A stretch of DNA of 64,000 nt from Macrostomum lignano (Eukaryota): the NCBI GenBank assembly GCA_002269645.1, contig NIVC01000059.1, forward strand, positions 1,302,001 to 1,366,000, in the 5' to 3' direction. This document shows, piece after piece, positions 20,735 to 51,500 of this stretch. The notes below the pieces were generated by a model. It was given only the letters and a program-made list of their open reading frames with translations. It was not told where the DNA came from and made no database searches. Numbering within the stretch: the stretch's first letter is position 1; every line of letters begins with the position of its first letter. A program made the position numbers and the translations under genes.

Positions 20735-21700
20735 AGAATGTGAGCAGGAAATCTAGGTGAGATTAAAAGCGAGCAGCCAGTCCATGTGCGAATAGATGTG
20801 AGCAGGAAATCTAGGTGAGATTAGAAGCGAGCAGGAAATCTAGGTGAGAATAGATGTGAGCGGGAAATCTAGGTGAGAATAGATGTGAGCGGGAAATCTA
20901 GGTGAGAATAGATGTAAGAAGGAAATTTAGGTGAGACTAGATGTAAGCAGGAAATCTAGGTGAGAATAGATGTGATAAGGAAATCTAGGTGAGAATAGAT
21001 GTAAGCAGGAAATCTAGGTGAGAATAGATGCGAGCGAAAAATCTAAGAGAGAATAGATGTAAGTAGGAAATCTAGGTGAAAATAGATGTAAGCAGGAAAT
21101 CTAGGTGGGACTAGATGTAAGAAGGAAATTTAGGTGAGAATAGATGTGAGAAGGAAATCTAAGTGAGAATAGATGTGAGCGGGAAATCTAAGTGAGAATA
21201 GATGTGAGCGGGAAATCTAGGTGAGAATAGATGTGAGCGGGAAATCTAGGTGAGAATAGATGTGAGCGGGAAATATACGTGAGAATAGATGTGAGAAGGA
21301 AATCTAGGTGAGAATAGATGTGAGAAGGAAATCTATGTGAGAATAGATGTGAGCGGGAAATATACGTGAGAATCGATGTGAGTAGGAAATCTAGGTGAGA
21401 CTAGATGTGAGCAGGAAATCTATGTGAGAATAGATGTGAGCGGGAAATATACGTGAGAATAGATGTGAGCGGGAAATCTAGGTGAGAATAGATGTGAGCG
21501 GGAAATCTAGGTGAGAATAGATGTGAGCGGGAAATATACGTGAGAATCGATGTGAGAAGGAAATCTAGGTGAGACTAGATGTGAGCAGGAAATCTAGGTG
21601 AGAATAGATGTGAGAAGGGAATTTAGGTGAGACTAGATGTAAGCAGGAAATCTAGGTGAGAATAGATGTGAGCGGGAAATCTAGGTGAGAATAGATGTGC
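20735..21700. repeat. 29-bp minisatellite (gcgggaaatctaggtgagaatagatgtga)n between GAPDH and the KDM1B-like ORF
   Basis: Direct reading. Confidence 0.95.
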
Positions 21701-22538
21701 ACAAGCAGGGAGTCTACGCTCATAGATACGAATGTGAGTTCGCGATCATTCAAAAAGGACAAAGTATAGATAGCTAGATTTTATAAGACTTCAGCTTGAT
21801 GTGAATTAGGTTACGATTTTAAATCTGCAAGTGCCTGCACGGGCATAGGAGACAAGATTTGAAAAATCTGAGTTTTAGTTCGCAAGAGTTGTATGTACGG
21901 CCAAGTTGCCCTAAGATTTCTAGATATTATAAATAAAAAATTTTGAACATTTTCAGACGATAATAAAACTTTTGTTTTCTATAAATATAAATAAAAAAAT
22001 ATATTGCTAACAAATTGTTAAATTCGATTTTAATAACGCTAACCAAAAAGTTGTTCTTTCGAGGGCTAAAAGCGTATTTTATATTTATTTAATATTTCAA
22101 TAGCAACAGCTGGACAAAGGAAACAAAAAATTAACAATGGAAATAATAAACCGGTTAAGCTTGGAAAACTAATAAACAGATAGATTAAATCGAGGGTCTC
22201 TTTAACCTGCTGAAGACGGGACAGAAACTAATGGCTAATTAATTATTAAAAAAGTAAGTGTAGATAAATTTTTGCCTTAAAAATCAATCTCCAATGGCGC
22301 AACACTAACGAGAAAAATTATGGAATTTCTACGAAACACGGCCTACGCGAGTGCGCAAATTTGTGCCTACTTATCTGTAGATGCGGTATAACTACTACTG
22401 CAAGTACGGTATTATGGCTTTCTAATAGAAATTGGTCGAACAAAGCTATGTTATAAGAACGACACCTATTAATATTATTAGCTACTTAATTGAATAGTGC
22501 AATTCAAGTCAGCAATGGATGCTTCGCAAAAGAATTTC

Positions 22539-24738
<2,200 letters not shown>

Positions 24739-25119
24739 TTAAGTGATTTAGGAATTTATAATAATAATAACAGATTAGATACTTGAGCTCCGGTGGGAGA
24801 GAAGAACTTGCGCATGAATTGTAAAACAAAATAATAAATTATCTATTATTATGACCATAGCTGGTAAAAAAACTTACAAACTTTAACTTAATATTGGTCC
24901 CTATATTGAGGAAAAAACAAGCATTAAGAACAAAGAGGACCACAATTAAAATAAATTTGAGGCGGTTTTTGGTTTATTTAAAATAGGCGAGTCCCACAGT
25001 GGAATGCAAATAAAATTTTGAGCTCAAATTGTGAAAAAATAATGTTTTAACTGATTTCATTTTCTACTCCAAAATCTAACTAGATGGGCCACTCAGGCTC
25101 GTATACTTAGTAAAACGGC

Positions 25120-25455
25120 TTACTACTTTCAGTTCAGTAGCAAAGAAGAATACATAAGCTATTTTATAAAAGTTAAGGTTGTTAAAATGGCTTTGATAAG
25201 TTAAGAAACCCCAAGTTAGCAGGCGTAAACAAAGTGCTAATTGGTTCAGCAATAATGTACATTGGCCGGTCCACTACTGAAATGTACATGGCAGATTTAG
25301 GCTGGAATTCTGAGAAAGGCAATAAAAATTGGGGCGCGGTGGAAAGGCGCGGTTTGAGGGTTTAAGTTGAGGGTAAGAGCCAATAAATGAGCCTTGGCTT
25401 AAAAAATACATTAAAATGCTTCAGTTTAACTTACTACTGAACTGGAAGTAGCCTG
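25120..25455 (-). promoter_or_regulatory. Putative GAPDH promoter
   Basis: TATAAAA at ~25163-25170, CCAAT motifs at ~25240 and ~25262, GC-rich ggggcgcgg at ~25331; probable 5'UTR intron (donor gtaagt ~24877, acceptor just before the ATG). Motif-based only. Confidence 0.35.
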
Positions 25456-26104
25456 CACGCAAATGTGCCGAGTGGCCTATCTAGTTATTCGAGTATCTTT
25501 GCCTACAACTAAAATAACAAGCTGGGTTAGCCACAAGCGAAATGACAAAATGTGCGTACTACTGTTACTGGCTAAAAAGCGGTGGAAAAACGCGTACAGA
25601 CAACAATAAGCTAAAAAGGCATGATGAATATGCAAATTTATAATAATATCACAGGTTGTAAAGAAAATAAGATCGCAAAAAATCTGTTTTTTAAAAGGCG
25701 TCTCTACGCGTGACGACACTTAGAGGAGCGAAAAATCATCAAGATAAATGTTGCAAACAATCAATTAACAAAAAAATTGTGTGTAAAGCAAGCAAGCAAT
25801 TTAATAAAATAGCAAAAGCAACAAAAGAGAGCACACTACTTGACAAAAGGCACAATATTTATAGCAATGTAGCAGATGTACAAAACAAACAATATATATA
25901 ATTGTTGAGCAACAAATTCCGAACAGTATTAATCTACATTTTTACAAAACCTTGATCCAAATCTAGCAAAAACAAACAGAGTAAGTTAAGTACATGGAGA
26001 ACAGGAACAGAAAAAACGCTAGAAAAAGAGAAAATCTAAGCGTATTAGATAGATTAGCAATACAGTTTAGGCCTATTGCGTCATAAGAGCACGTTGCGAC
26101 ACAT

Positions 26105-26390
26105 TAAAGGGGGTCATGACCCCCCAACAGAAAAATCAAGGGGGTCATGACCCCCTCCAACAGAAAAATCAAGGGGGTCATGACCTCCCCCGTGAAAATT
26201 AAGAGTCATGACCCCCCCCCTCCCGAATGAAACTGAAAATAAATTTCGTTCACTATTTCGCAATTACGAATATATTGCTTAATAAAATTCTCTCAAACTC
26301 GGATCTTGAACTCGCTAGTGGGTTCAAAAGAGGGGGGAGGTCAACGGGGTCCACTGACCCCTCCAGGGAAAAAGCCATGCATGATTCTTT
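26105..26390. mobile_element. Probable decayed hAT-type MITE with tandem palindromic gggggtcatgaccccc motifs
   Basis: Three to four palindromic G5-TCATGA-C5 motifs in ~34-bp units; ends and TSD not identified. Confidence 0.4.
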
Positions 26391-26582
26391 CATTGCCAGC
26401 TAGCATGCACTGATTTTCACTTTGGCATCCTGAATTTGGCGCTGCTCAGGGAAAGGGGAAGGGTGTTTCCGGTGACCTAAATTACTGGTAAAAAGTACAA
26501 AGTTATCAAAAATATCCATTTTAAAACTTTCAAGGTCATTGACAAATACGAATAGTTAAAAACATGAAAAACTTATCACTAA

Positions 26583-40506
<13,924 letters not shown>

Positions 40507-41252
40507 TTTAAATGGGATAAAAACTAATAATTCACTACTTCCAGTGAAAGGTATAGATTTCTTCTTTCTTTCCCATGAAAACACAATGATTTATTTTTTT
40601 AGCCAGCCAGACATGACATGCTGGCTAGCACTAGCACAAGATCCAGCGACCAGCGTGCTTTATTAAGTTTCAGTTGGTTCAAGTCAGGAAGAAATTTGAG
40701 TTCACCAGGTCATTTGTGAAGTAATGTTTTCCTCTACGAACTTCAGGTTAAAAAAAGGCCTACTCAGATTTATTGAAATTATTAATACAAAGATACAACA
40801 ACAGGCACAGCACAGCGGCAGGACCAGGCACAATTCTGAAAAATGATCAATAAAACAACCTTCAAAACAATCAAAATTATGGCTTTTATAGAAAAGCCCA
40901 CAAAAAATTCCTAAATTTTTTTAGTATTTTTAAGGTAATTCTAATTTGAAAGTAGTTTACCTACAATTCTTATTAGGTTTTTACTATTTTTTTGTTTTAA
41001 AAGTCTACCGAAAAACGAAAATTCAAAGCGCGACTTTTTCAGGATTATAATTGTAATTTAATACTACTTTACTTGTTCTTCATATATCAAGCAGGACCAG
41101 TCTATTATTTAGGTGTTTTGTTTTTTCGCTGAATCTCTTATTATTTCAACTTTTCACATCTTCAATAACTTTATAATTTTTTAAGTTAAAGTTTTTCTTC
41201 TTATAGTATTCATCAAAATTAATACCAATCAAATCAAAATTAAAAACCACAA

Positions 41253-42501
41253 ATGGCTTCAACAACTAATCACTCGCGCGAAAATCCTGCCCAAAAATTA
41301 GGCTCAGGCGCTGCATCTACTGATCCTAAAAATGTTGCAGAATTAAATGCATATGTAAGTACTAATTTAGTTTAGCTTGTAGTAAAAAATTACTTTTGCA
41401 TTTTATTAGGCTATAGGCATAGCCACAGGGCTATATATTGTATACATTCAATAGTCAGGCCCCTAGCCTACCAGATCTAAAAATCAGGGCCTACTATAGA
41501 GTTCCAGGAAATTTTGTCATAAGGGCTTTTTCCTCAAACAGTCATTTGTCATTTTTTCATCAATTAATGGAAAGGTGCATGATTTTGAAATTAAATTTAA
41601 TTAGAGCCTAGATAGCTCATAGACTTGAGCATTATAGATTAAGCCTAGTACTTTGTTAAAATAACACCAACAGAGTTTATTTGTTTAAACAAAGATTTTC
41701 TTATTGTAAACATATCTTTTATATGTAGTAGGTAGGCTAACTTATAGGCCTATCTAAGCTATCTTTAGCAATTAGCTAATTGCTATTGCTTGCTTGTAAG
41801 ATGGTGGTGGAGAAGTTTTCTTGGAAATTGGTTGGTTTTTTTTAAAAATTGCTAACACCAGTGAGGTGGGGCAGATTCCTCGTTTGAATTGCCACCAACT
41901 TTGAGTTTGCACAAATGAAGCCAGAAATCGCAGAGACAAATCACAACAAAATTTCTTTTCCTGTTTTACTCTGACAACCGGGTTCTCAAGTCCGGGGGAA
42001 GGTAGTTGTAATTGTAGCGGAGCAGTCGTTAGCGGCATGGTCATTCAAAGCAATGAAAATCAGAGATTTCTGACTCTGTAAATTATTGTGTCAATTATAT
42101 CAAACTAGTTACTTTTAGTAGGGTAGTTGCTGCCACCACCGTAATTTATGTATTACGGAACGAATGAGTCTCAGAGCTTTCTTTGAAATGAGGTCTTTGG
42201 CTATTTTACGCCCCATAGGCAAATGACTCAAGAAATACTATGGCTTTGGATTAATGAATAGATATTAGTTCATGAAATTTATTAAAGTTTAATAAGCAGG
42301 CTGAATATTAAAGATAAATATAACTCAACACTACTCTGATGAAATGGAGGAGGCGACTAAATAAAACAAACTAAAAACTAGAGAACTAACTATAAAGACA
42401 ACCAGAAAATGCGAGTAGCAAGTAATAAAGTTAGCAAGAAAAAGGGGGTAGCAAGGTAGCAAGGGTAAAGATGGTAACGGGGAGTATGTAAAAATCATTG
42501 T

Positions 42502-42536
<35 letters not shown>

Positions 42537-45500
42537 AAGCTATTGGTCACGCAACAGGGACACTAGGTGGGCATGCACTGGAGAGAGAAAATACGAAAAA
42601 GGACATGATACAGGGTGGCATAAAATATATGAAATAAAACAAAAATTATTAAACACATCCTGCTATATATGAGTAAACACATGAAATGGATAAAATCAAA
42701 ACCCGCAACGGGACTGATGTCACTCCAAAATTTAGGAAACACCGCATGTACCACGCTCATGCAAAATATTCCAAATGTCAAGTTCAAGTTTATATGTGGC
42801 AACTTGCCTGCCACACTTGCCTAATTCATTTAAATCATACATGCCCAATAGAGCATGACCAAGATGGCCACAGCTCTAAATTTCTAAATAGAGAATAATA
42901 AGCCTAGATCTATATATTTCATGTGAATAACTTACACCACATGTTATTCTATAAGTTATTCTGCACGTAATTCTGCATGTTTGTAGCGGTTTTTCAGTAA
43001 TGAGACCAAGGGCGTGTCCAGAGGTTTCAGGAAGGGGGGCCCAGTTGGGGCCCAGTAAAAACTGAAGGGCAACATCTCAAATGGTCGAATGGAGTGTACG
43101 TTTTTTAATTATTGTAAGAGAAAATTTTTGCTTTTCACCGAAAAGCAAAAGTGACATCTAAAAATACCTCGCAATAAATGATTGCAATTGTTTAGTTGAT
43201 TTAAAAAAACGAACATTCTAAATCACTAAATGGTTCTTGTTTTTTTGCCCAAGAAAATGCTTTTGAATATTTTTCGCTTTGTCAAGTTGTTTAGTTTTAT
43301 AATTGGAAGACTTTAAACATGAATGCATGCATGTTACTTTTTCCAGCAGATTCTCGTCAAAAAACTCCGTTGGTTACTCCATCGGAAGATTTCATGCATT
43401 TACTGTACATTGAACCTTTATTATTATAAAAAGTAAGAAACGCCAACATTTAAAATTTTTGATGCATTTTTCAATGGCCTCATTAATAATAGAAAACATA
43501 TATATATACCCAGCAAGACAAAATTGTCCACACTTCTCTTGGCAGAATTTTATCTCTCTGTTTGAGTGACAAACAAGGACAACTTAATAACAGTTATCAG
43601 ATACACCGAGTACTAAGATAGAGCCTGATAGACCAGACCATAGAAATCTAAGCTAGATCTCTATGGATAGACAGTTTTTGTAATTGTAATTTGTCTATGG
43701 TCAACTATTGGATCAATTCGCCACTCAACTGAGAGACAAATTCTCCTGAGAAAAGGATGGGGACACTTGTCTTGCTGAGTATGCATGTATGGTGCATAAA
43801 GTACATTTGATGATCGAAGATAGGTTTAGTGAAACACGTCAGCATGAACTTAAATATGAATTTAAAGTAACACTGTACCACCCACTTCATCACAATCACC
43901 ATACATAATATAACAACAGACCTTAATATGAATGCATGCATATATACATATTATTTAATAGATATATATACATAATTTAAAGCAAATCAGCCAATTCGAT
44001 CAATGTACATACATGTACATTCGTATACCTTTGAACGATACATGAAACAGGTAGCAATTAGTAGCAATGACAATGAAGTGAAAAATGACAAGTAATGTAA
44101 CGTACATAAAAGAAGTATGTACAGAATAAAAATGCAAAAAGCAACATGCATATACTGTAATACTATACATGTACATACATTAGTCAAGTGGCCATAGCAA
44201 ATGTAAATTGTCTTAGCGAGCAAAATAAGTCATAAAATCATGTAAGACTTATTCGCCTATTAGAATGGGCAGAAGCAAATTCATCAACAAAACAGTCAAG
44301 ATCAATTATTGATGCTCGCTTGTTTTCAATCGACAAAAGAGCCAGATTCGAAAGTCGAAAAGATGACATTCGACTTCTTAAGTACATCTTGATCAGGCGC
44401 ATTTTCGAAAAACTGCGCTCTGCTGATGCTGTAGTAACTGGAATTGTCAAGCATATGATGAGAAGCTTGTACAACTCAGGGAAAACCTCTCTGAATGGGT
44501 GCAACATCTCAGCAAATGCTTTTAAATCAGTCAAGCTGCCATCGCCCTTTCTCTCAATCAGACGCTTTACTTGAATGACCTCAAGTTTCAGGAAGTCTTG
44601 GTCACAGTTGAATAGGCCTCCTAAATCCTCCAGCTGTGAAGCGTCCAAAAACAGTCCGAGTTTGGCTTTAGAGAACCAATTCCCTTATAGAGAACAGCTG
44701 TTTCATGGTCAAATCTTTGTTGCATTTCCGACAATAGGCAGTCAATCACTGGTAGATATACATTAATTCGAAATCCGTTTGCTCCAGATTCAGTTGCGCT
44801 GAGCGACATGATTGTTTTCAAAAGTTACAAACTGATCAAAGTGCTTATTTGGGCATTTTGTTCGTCTGTTTGGTTCTGGCTCAGGTATATTCCACTCATT
44901 ACCTAACTGCTGGGAGTCCAGAAATACTTTCTCTAAGAATTAGTTGCTGTCCCGCAAAGTTTGGAATTCGGTGATTGTTGACTGTGCCAAATCAACAGCA
45001 GAAGCAAGGTCTAAATCTTTTTGTTGAAGAAAATCCAATAGTGCCTTTGTGCGAGTCAGAATTTTGCACATGAGAACTAGCCTTAGTACGAAGCTTCAGG
45101 TCAACTGAGCTAAAATTCCAGTGGCTTCAACAACACGATCTCCGGAGTCCTACTCCTTAATTTCTTTTAAATTGGAGAGAATCGCGCCAATACGATTACA
45201 AATATTGTTGCACGCCTTCTCTCTGCAGGCCCATCTCGTGTCTGAGAGGCACTGAAGCTCGAAGGCTGGCTTTCCAGGATAGAGTTTCTTCTGGTGGTCA
45301 ATAAACTGAGGATGAACAACTGAGTTTGACATAAAACAGTAGAGCTTCTGCACAAGAGAAAAGAAGTCCTCAATCTCGGGCACTGATTTGCAAGCATCAA
45401 CAAGACATAGATTCAGGCAGTGTGCATAGCAGTGTACGTAAATTGCGAGTTCCGACTTGTCTCGAATCAGCTTTTGGAGCCCATTATGAACTCTGCTCAT

Positions 45501-48500
45501 CACTGAGGCTCCATCATAGCCTTGGCCAACTAGAAATCCGGTGTCTAGGCCATATTTCTGAAGGCTTTCTCTAATAGTGAGTTAGCAAGTGATTGGGCAG
45601 ATAGTCCTGAAGCAGGTTTAAATTCCATAAAGACTTCCTGCACTCCTTCTGAATGCTTGTAGAAACAAATGATTAAGGAGATCATTTCAACCTTAGAAAT
45701 ATCCTTGGCCTCATCTACAATCACAGAAAAATATTTGGCTTCTTGGATGTCGTTTACAACATCACAGACCATGTCTGCCAGAATGTTAATAACTTCATTT
45801 TGAATTGTGTCACTCGTGTACTTTGCATTCTTCTTCTGTTCAGATATCTTCTTCTTTATTATTTCGTCGTGCCTGCCAATCAGCTTCAATAATGCTTTGA
45901 AGTTTCCAAGATTTACTTGCTCATCATTTTCGCGATGCCCCCTTTGGGCAATGTTTTGAGTTGCTGTAAGAAGTAATACTTCTCCTACACACTTAATGAA
46001 GTGCCTGTTCTCAGCTACCTTAGCTTTGTACGTAGCATCAAGCTGTTTCAATACAGTTCCTTCAGTGTCTTTCATTACTTTGTAGTCACACTATGCTTGC
46101 ATTGCTAAACTGTGGCAATGAGAGCAGGCATGCTTTTTAAAGCCTGCATCCTGACACTGAGCATTTTTCCAGTTGCGGAATCCCTGAGTAGTAAAAGATG
46201 GCTCTTCTTGCATAGATGGAGGCGCGAAGTGGCGGCAGGGAAAGCAAAAAGCAGAATCCTTCATTTGCAAATACTCAAGCCACTTGTAAGTCTCAAACCA
46301 CGAGAATTGAAATGAACAGGACTTTTGCTTTGCCTTATCCGTTCCTGTGGAGGATTTTTACCAATAACTTAAAAAATACGTCTATATAGCTATATCAGTA
46401 TAGCTAGCCTTAGCCACTAGCACTAGCCACTAGTAACCATTAGCACAAACAGTATTATGTAAATAACTGTCCACTTACCGCCTGAAGTTCCAACTGATTT
46501 TGGGTAGTTCCGCAAAAATGGCTGACAGGGTGGATTGTCCTTATTCTAGGAAATATCACACGGGGCCTTCGAAGAAGGTTGCTCAATCGTTCTACTGTCT
46601 GAGGCTGACTCCGTGGCAGTGGCAGCGGTAGCTGTCTCAACTAGAACAGGAGTGCCAGGAAAATTTGTTTCAGAGCCAGTCAGTTGAGCATCCTGTTCAG
46701 ACTCCTGATCCGCAATCGTAAAGATGGCGCTTGGTTAATCCTTATGCCTTTTTGCCTGGCTATCGTTTTTTTTGCCTGGACCTTCATCTTCTCGCGGGTC
46801 TGAACTAGGTCTTTTTAGAAAACTTCGAATATCAGGCCTCTGCATTGTTGGCTTGGCCAGGCTTCTTTAATTCAATTCTTGAAACACATTTCAGTTTTGT
46901 TTGAACCTTAAGACTTTAAGAGAGTAGTAGCTAAAGTGTGACTTAAATCTTGAGGGGCAGAGGGGCAATGCTCTGTAGTCTTTTACACATTGTCTGAATG
47001 TATGATGGTTTAACTCTTTGTCCCTATCGAAATGTACATTTATCAGCGCCCTTCTCCCTTCCCTTTCTGTCTGTCCTATCCCTCCTTTCCCTGTCCTAGT
47101 GCAAGTGTTAGGCGTTGGGGAGGGGGTTGGGGGTTGGAAGGATACAGCCATATAGACTGAACAGTTAGATAAAACAATAAAGTCTGAGAGGCGATGCACT
47201 TTGTAATTAAAGTTAGAGACAAAACCAAAACACCAACAGATACTATAAAAACAAACGAAACAAATTTGCCATACTATCAGATCACTGAGATCAGAAAGTA
47301 AAGAATAATGTACCCATGTACAGTTATGCTCGTGTAAAAACTTCTAGTATAGTAGTATTGTTTCTAAAATTAAAATTTATAAAAATAAAAAAAGTTTTGA
47401 AAACTAAAAGTGGGGGGGCCACAGGGGGGCCTGTGGCCTAATAGGGGGGCCCAGGCCCCCCCTGGCCCCCCCTTGGACGGGCCACTGAATGAGACAAGAG
47501 CAAGGCAGTGGTTCAACTGGTTAATGAGTTTATAGAATAATGTTATTGGAATCTAGAAGAAGAAGATTCGTGAAGAGATTCCAGCTGAGCTGCTTTATAT
47601 TTATAGTGTTGAGATGATCTTCTGGAAAGTTCTAGAAATATATAATGCATTATAACAAAATGATTGTTAAGAAAATACTGCTAGTTATTTATCGCTAGTT
47701 TTACCCACAGACTGCGAATACTCGTTAATTATTAAATATATTAAAATGCAGTAAATGAGATTTTGTTTCAGACATAGAACTTTCTAGAAAACGTACAAAT
47801 AGAAATTTCTCGAAAGTCACTACATGTTATTCCGCACATTATTCTGTACATTATTCCGCATGTTATTCCACATGTTATTCCCCACATTATTCAGCATGTT
47901 ATTCCACACATTATTTGGTACATTATTCTGCACGTTATTCTGCATGTTATTCTGCATGTTACTATAGGCATTTTTCCACAATGTTCTGTATAAAATTTAA
48001 TAGTAATTTTTCCATTTTGATACATTTCAAATGTAAAGCGAAAGCCTACATGTACATGAGCTTGTTGTTATATTTTCCTGGATTGCGAGAACATTATTCA
48101 TAAAATTATATAAATTGACTGCAACAGAGTACTGTAGTTGCAGAGTTGTAAGTTGAGTTAGAGTTGCATGCACAGAGGCAAGGTCCTGGAGAGCATACAT
48201 GTGCAACAGTCGGCCGAGTCGGCCGATCCGACCGACTGATTTGGCGGCCAACCATGGAAGTTGCAAAAATGCCCATGCAAAAAACACCAAGTAGTAGTAC
48301 TAAGTAGCTGACAAGGCATTTTGGCTTTATAAGACAGTCATAGTTACTCCTGCCGTTTACCCAAAGTTGCGTTAATTGCGTTTTTTACATGTAAGTCACA
48401 TTTTTGTTAAAACTAAGTCGCACGGCCGACCGAATTTTGGAGGTCGCGCATGTATGCCAGAGAGGTTAGAGAAAAAGAAGATAAGAGTGACTACTTTTTA

Positions 48501-51500
48501 ACATATATTAATGAAAGTATAGCTCTCTGCTGTCATAGATTTAAATGCTGAAGACTCCTGCCAGAAAATGATTTCACCCCACTCCCATAACTTGCTGTCA
48601 AAAAATCAAAATTAAAACATTACTAGGTATCTGTAGGAAGTAGTGTGATGTGGTTAGAATATCGGAAATGAATGGTTAAAGCCCTATTTCTTAACTTAGT
48701 ATTTTAGTACTTCATTTCTTACCTATCTGTCAGGCTTTTTTGTTTCACAGCATTTTTGGCCACCTGGTCTTTGCCACAATGCCAACATAGTTCAGCTGAA
48801 TTTGGTGCAAAATTTAGTAGATTATGCCAGACAATGAGGCGGTATTGCAAAACAGCTTTCAAACTTGTGGAGACAAGCAAAGATTGTATTGTGACAATTT
48901 GTTGCACAAAAAGCAAAACCAGTAAGCCACAGCTGGACCCGTCTTGCTGCACTGAATGGTGCAGCTGCAGAGGCTTCATTCTTCGCCATTGAAAAGCATG
49001 CTGTAGTGAGCTGGACAGGAAAGTTAATTTTGAGGATATTAAAACATTTTGCTTAAAAAATACAAAAAGGCAAGGTGCTAGTGGCTATAGAAATTAATGT
49101 GGGAAAAATGGGTACACAACCTTGTGGCTCACTTTAGGTTGGCACAGAAGCAGATGCTGAGGTCCTCGTAGCATTGCAGCGGATCCAGAACCAACACAAA
49201 ACCATCACAAATGTTGATGTAAAGTAACATAAAGTGATGGCTCTGATGAATCAATCTGATCATTGAGGTGGTAGCCTTCAATGGCGACAAAAAGGTAGGT
49301 TATATAATTAATTGCATTTATTTGGTACGCGTGTAACAAAGAGCAATTTATATGCTCATGTAATTTATATGAAGGCATATGCATCTTGCTCGAGCAATGG
49401 GCATCAGGCAAATAACCGCATATACAATTGTGAAAAGTGAAAGGCCAGCTAAAATGCCAAAAGGAGGTTCTAAGAGAGTGGATCAAAAGATTAGATTTTC
49501 TTGAAGAGTCAATTCAAGTTAACCCCTGTGTTACTCTAGCCAAACTGAAGACTGGCCTTTATGCTTGCTTTCCTAAAAAATCTAAAGTAGCAATTTCTAC
49601 AATTAGTCATCATCTAGACAGAATGCTCTACACCACTAAGTTGCTAAGAGACCAGCTAGTAGAGCAAAACTCACCAGCTAATTTGCAACTGCGTCGTGCC
49701 TATTGCGAATGGTGGTGTTCAACTGAAGTTGTAAACTGGCCAAAAGTTTACGTCAAGGAATTTGGGTTTGACTGCTAGACACCGAGGTTGCAGGGCCATG
49801 CTCAACAGGGTCAGAGAGCATATTGGCGTGTTATAGGATCAAAGGGCCCATAACTGATGGTCTGTTGTGCAGTTTCACCTGGTATTGGAGTACTGCACTT
49901 CTAGACGTACCCAACCAGCATGACAAAAAAAGATTCATAGAAGATATATGTCCAATTGGGCTTTACTCAGAACAGAGTGTTACAGTGATAACTTTCAATG
50001 TTTCTTTGTATAATTCTCTAACTCACACTCTTAAAACTCTTCCACACTGTTTTGAAGTTAGTTTGAAATAAATAACTTCACTTCAAACTCTGAGTATTTG
50101 TATTGAACCACTAGAGACTTTTAGCTCATAAATGGGTTGCTTTATTTGCTGTAAAAATTGCTCCTATATATATTAGATTTTCCTTCACACTTTAAAACAA
50201 AAAATTGTCTATTTATTCATACAGTATAACAAAAGAAACTTAATTTTGGCATTGCATACAAAATCAACTTCCTAAGAAACAAATAGAATATTATTAGCGC
50301 TACTTCACTTGTTTATATTAAGAAAAACTTTTAAGAAAATAAGTTGATGAAAAACATTTGCCATTAGCTTTCTTATTTGCACCAAAAATTACACATGGAA
50401 GAAAGCCATGGTAGCAGCATTGCATATTGCAACTTTGAAAAAGAAATATGTGAAATTATGAATGTAGCTGCCAGCTATGGCATATCAGTCATTAGGCATG
50501 GCACAAAATGATATAAATAAAAGCTATAGAAACAAAAGGAGACAAAAATATTTGTTTAGCTATTCACATTTTATAAAAGTTTGTTAATATTGCCATCAAA
50601 AGACCCATTTTGGTATAAATTTATTAAATGATTTAATGAAGCTGAACAAAAATGTACAACCCTGATTTTTAATTGTATGAACAAGCCTTCAGTTCAGTAG
50701 CTACCCTAATTGGGAAAAATCTGTTATGAAAATAGCCTAACTCAGAAAAACAGAAGGGTAAAAAATTTATAAAAATATAAGACTTTTTAAAGATTGCTTC
50801 CAATGTTTGCATCAATAAAAAAGCACTATGCTGACTCTCAAGGTTCAACTAAATGTATTTCTTGGTCACAATGAGATTTTATGCACTAAAAAGCTTCTCT
50901 GAGTCAGCATTAAAAGGCATAATGCAATGTAGTGCATAAATGAGCAGTTGAATAAAAGTTTAAGACACATAAAAGAAAAATAAGCATAGTATAAAATGTT
51001 CAATATTCAGTAATTAAAACCTTAGAGGTCATAGTACCCAGGTAGATCTCAATAAAACATCTGGATGAGCTGTTAAAAGTACTATCATAGCTCTATGTTG
51101 ATCCACTGGTGCTGCATTGGCTGGGTATCAGCTTGAAGCATGCACTGGAGTCATTCAGTGACTTCCTACAGAATTGGCAAAGTAGCCTGTCATTCTAATA
51201 GAGTGGCCCTCTTCTCCAGTTCACAAGGCTGGTTTGAAGTTGTAATAGGCAATACCCTACTTGGCCTTGGCACTTGGTGGTGGAATCTTCACTTGGAGGC
51301 TTTAGGCAAGTTGGCTGCCTTAAAGGGGCCTTGTTCTCTCACTGTTCCTATTCTTATTGCTCTTGCTCTTGCTCTTGTTGCTCTTCTGAAGCATTGTCCT
51401 CTAGGAGATCTTGTAGGAATTTATCAATATTGTCATTATTATCCATTCTTTATATTTAATTTTGTGCACAGCTCTTAATACTGGTATTTGCAATGGTCTA

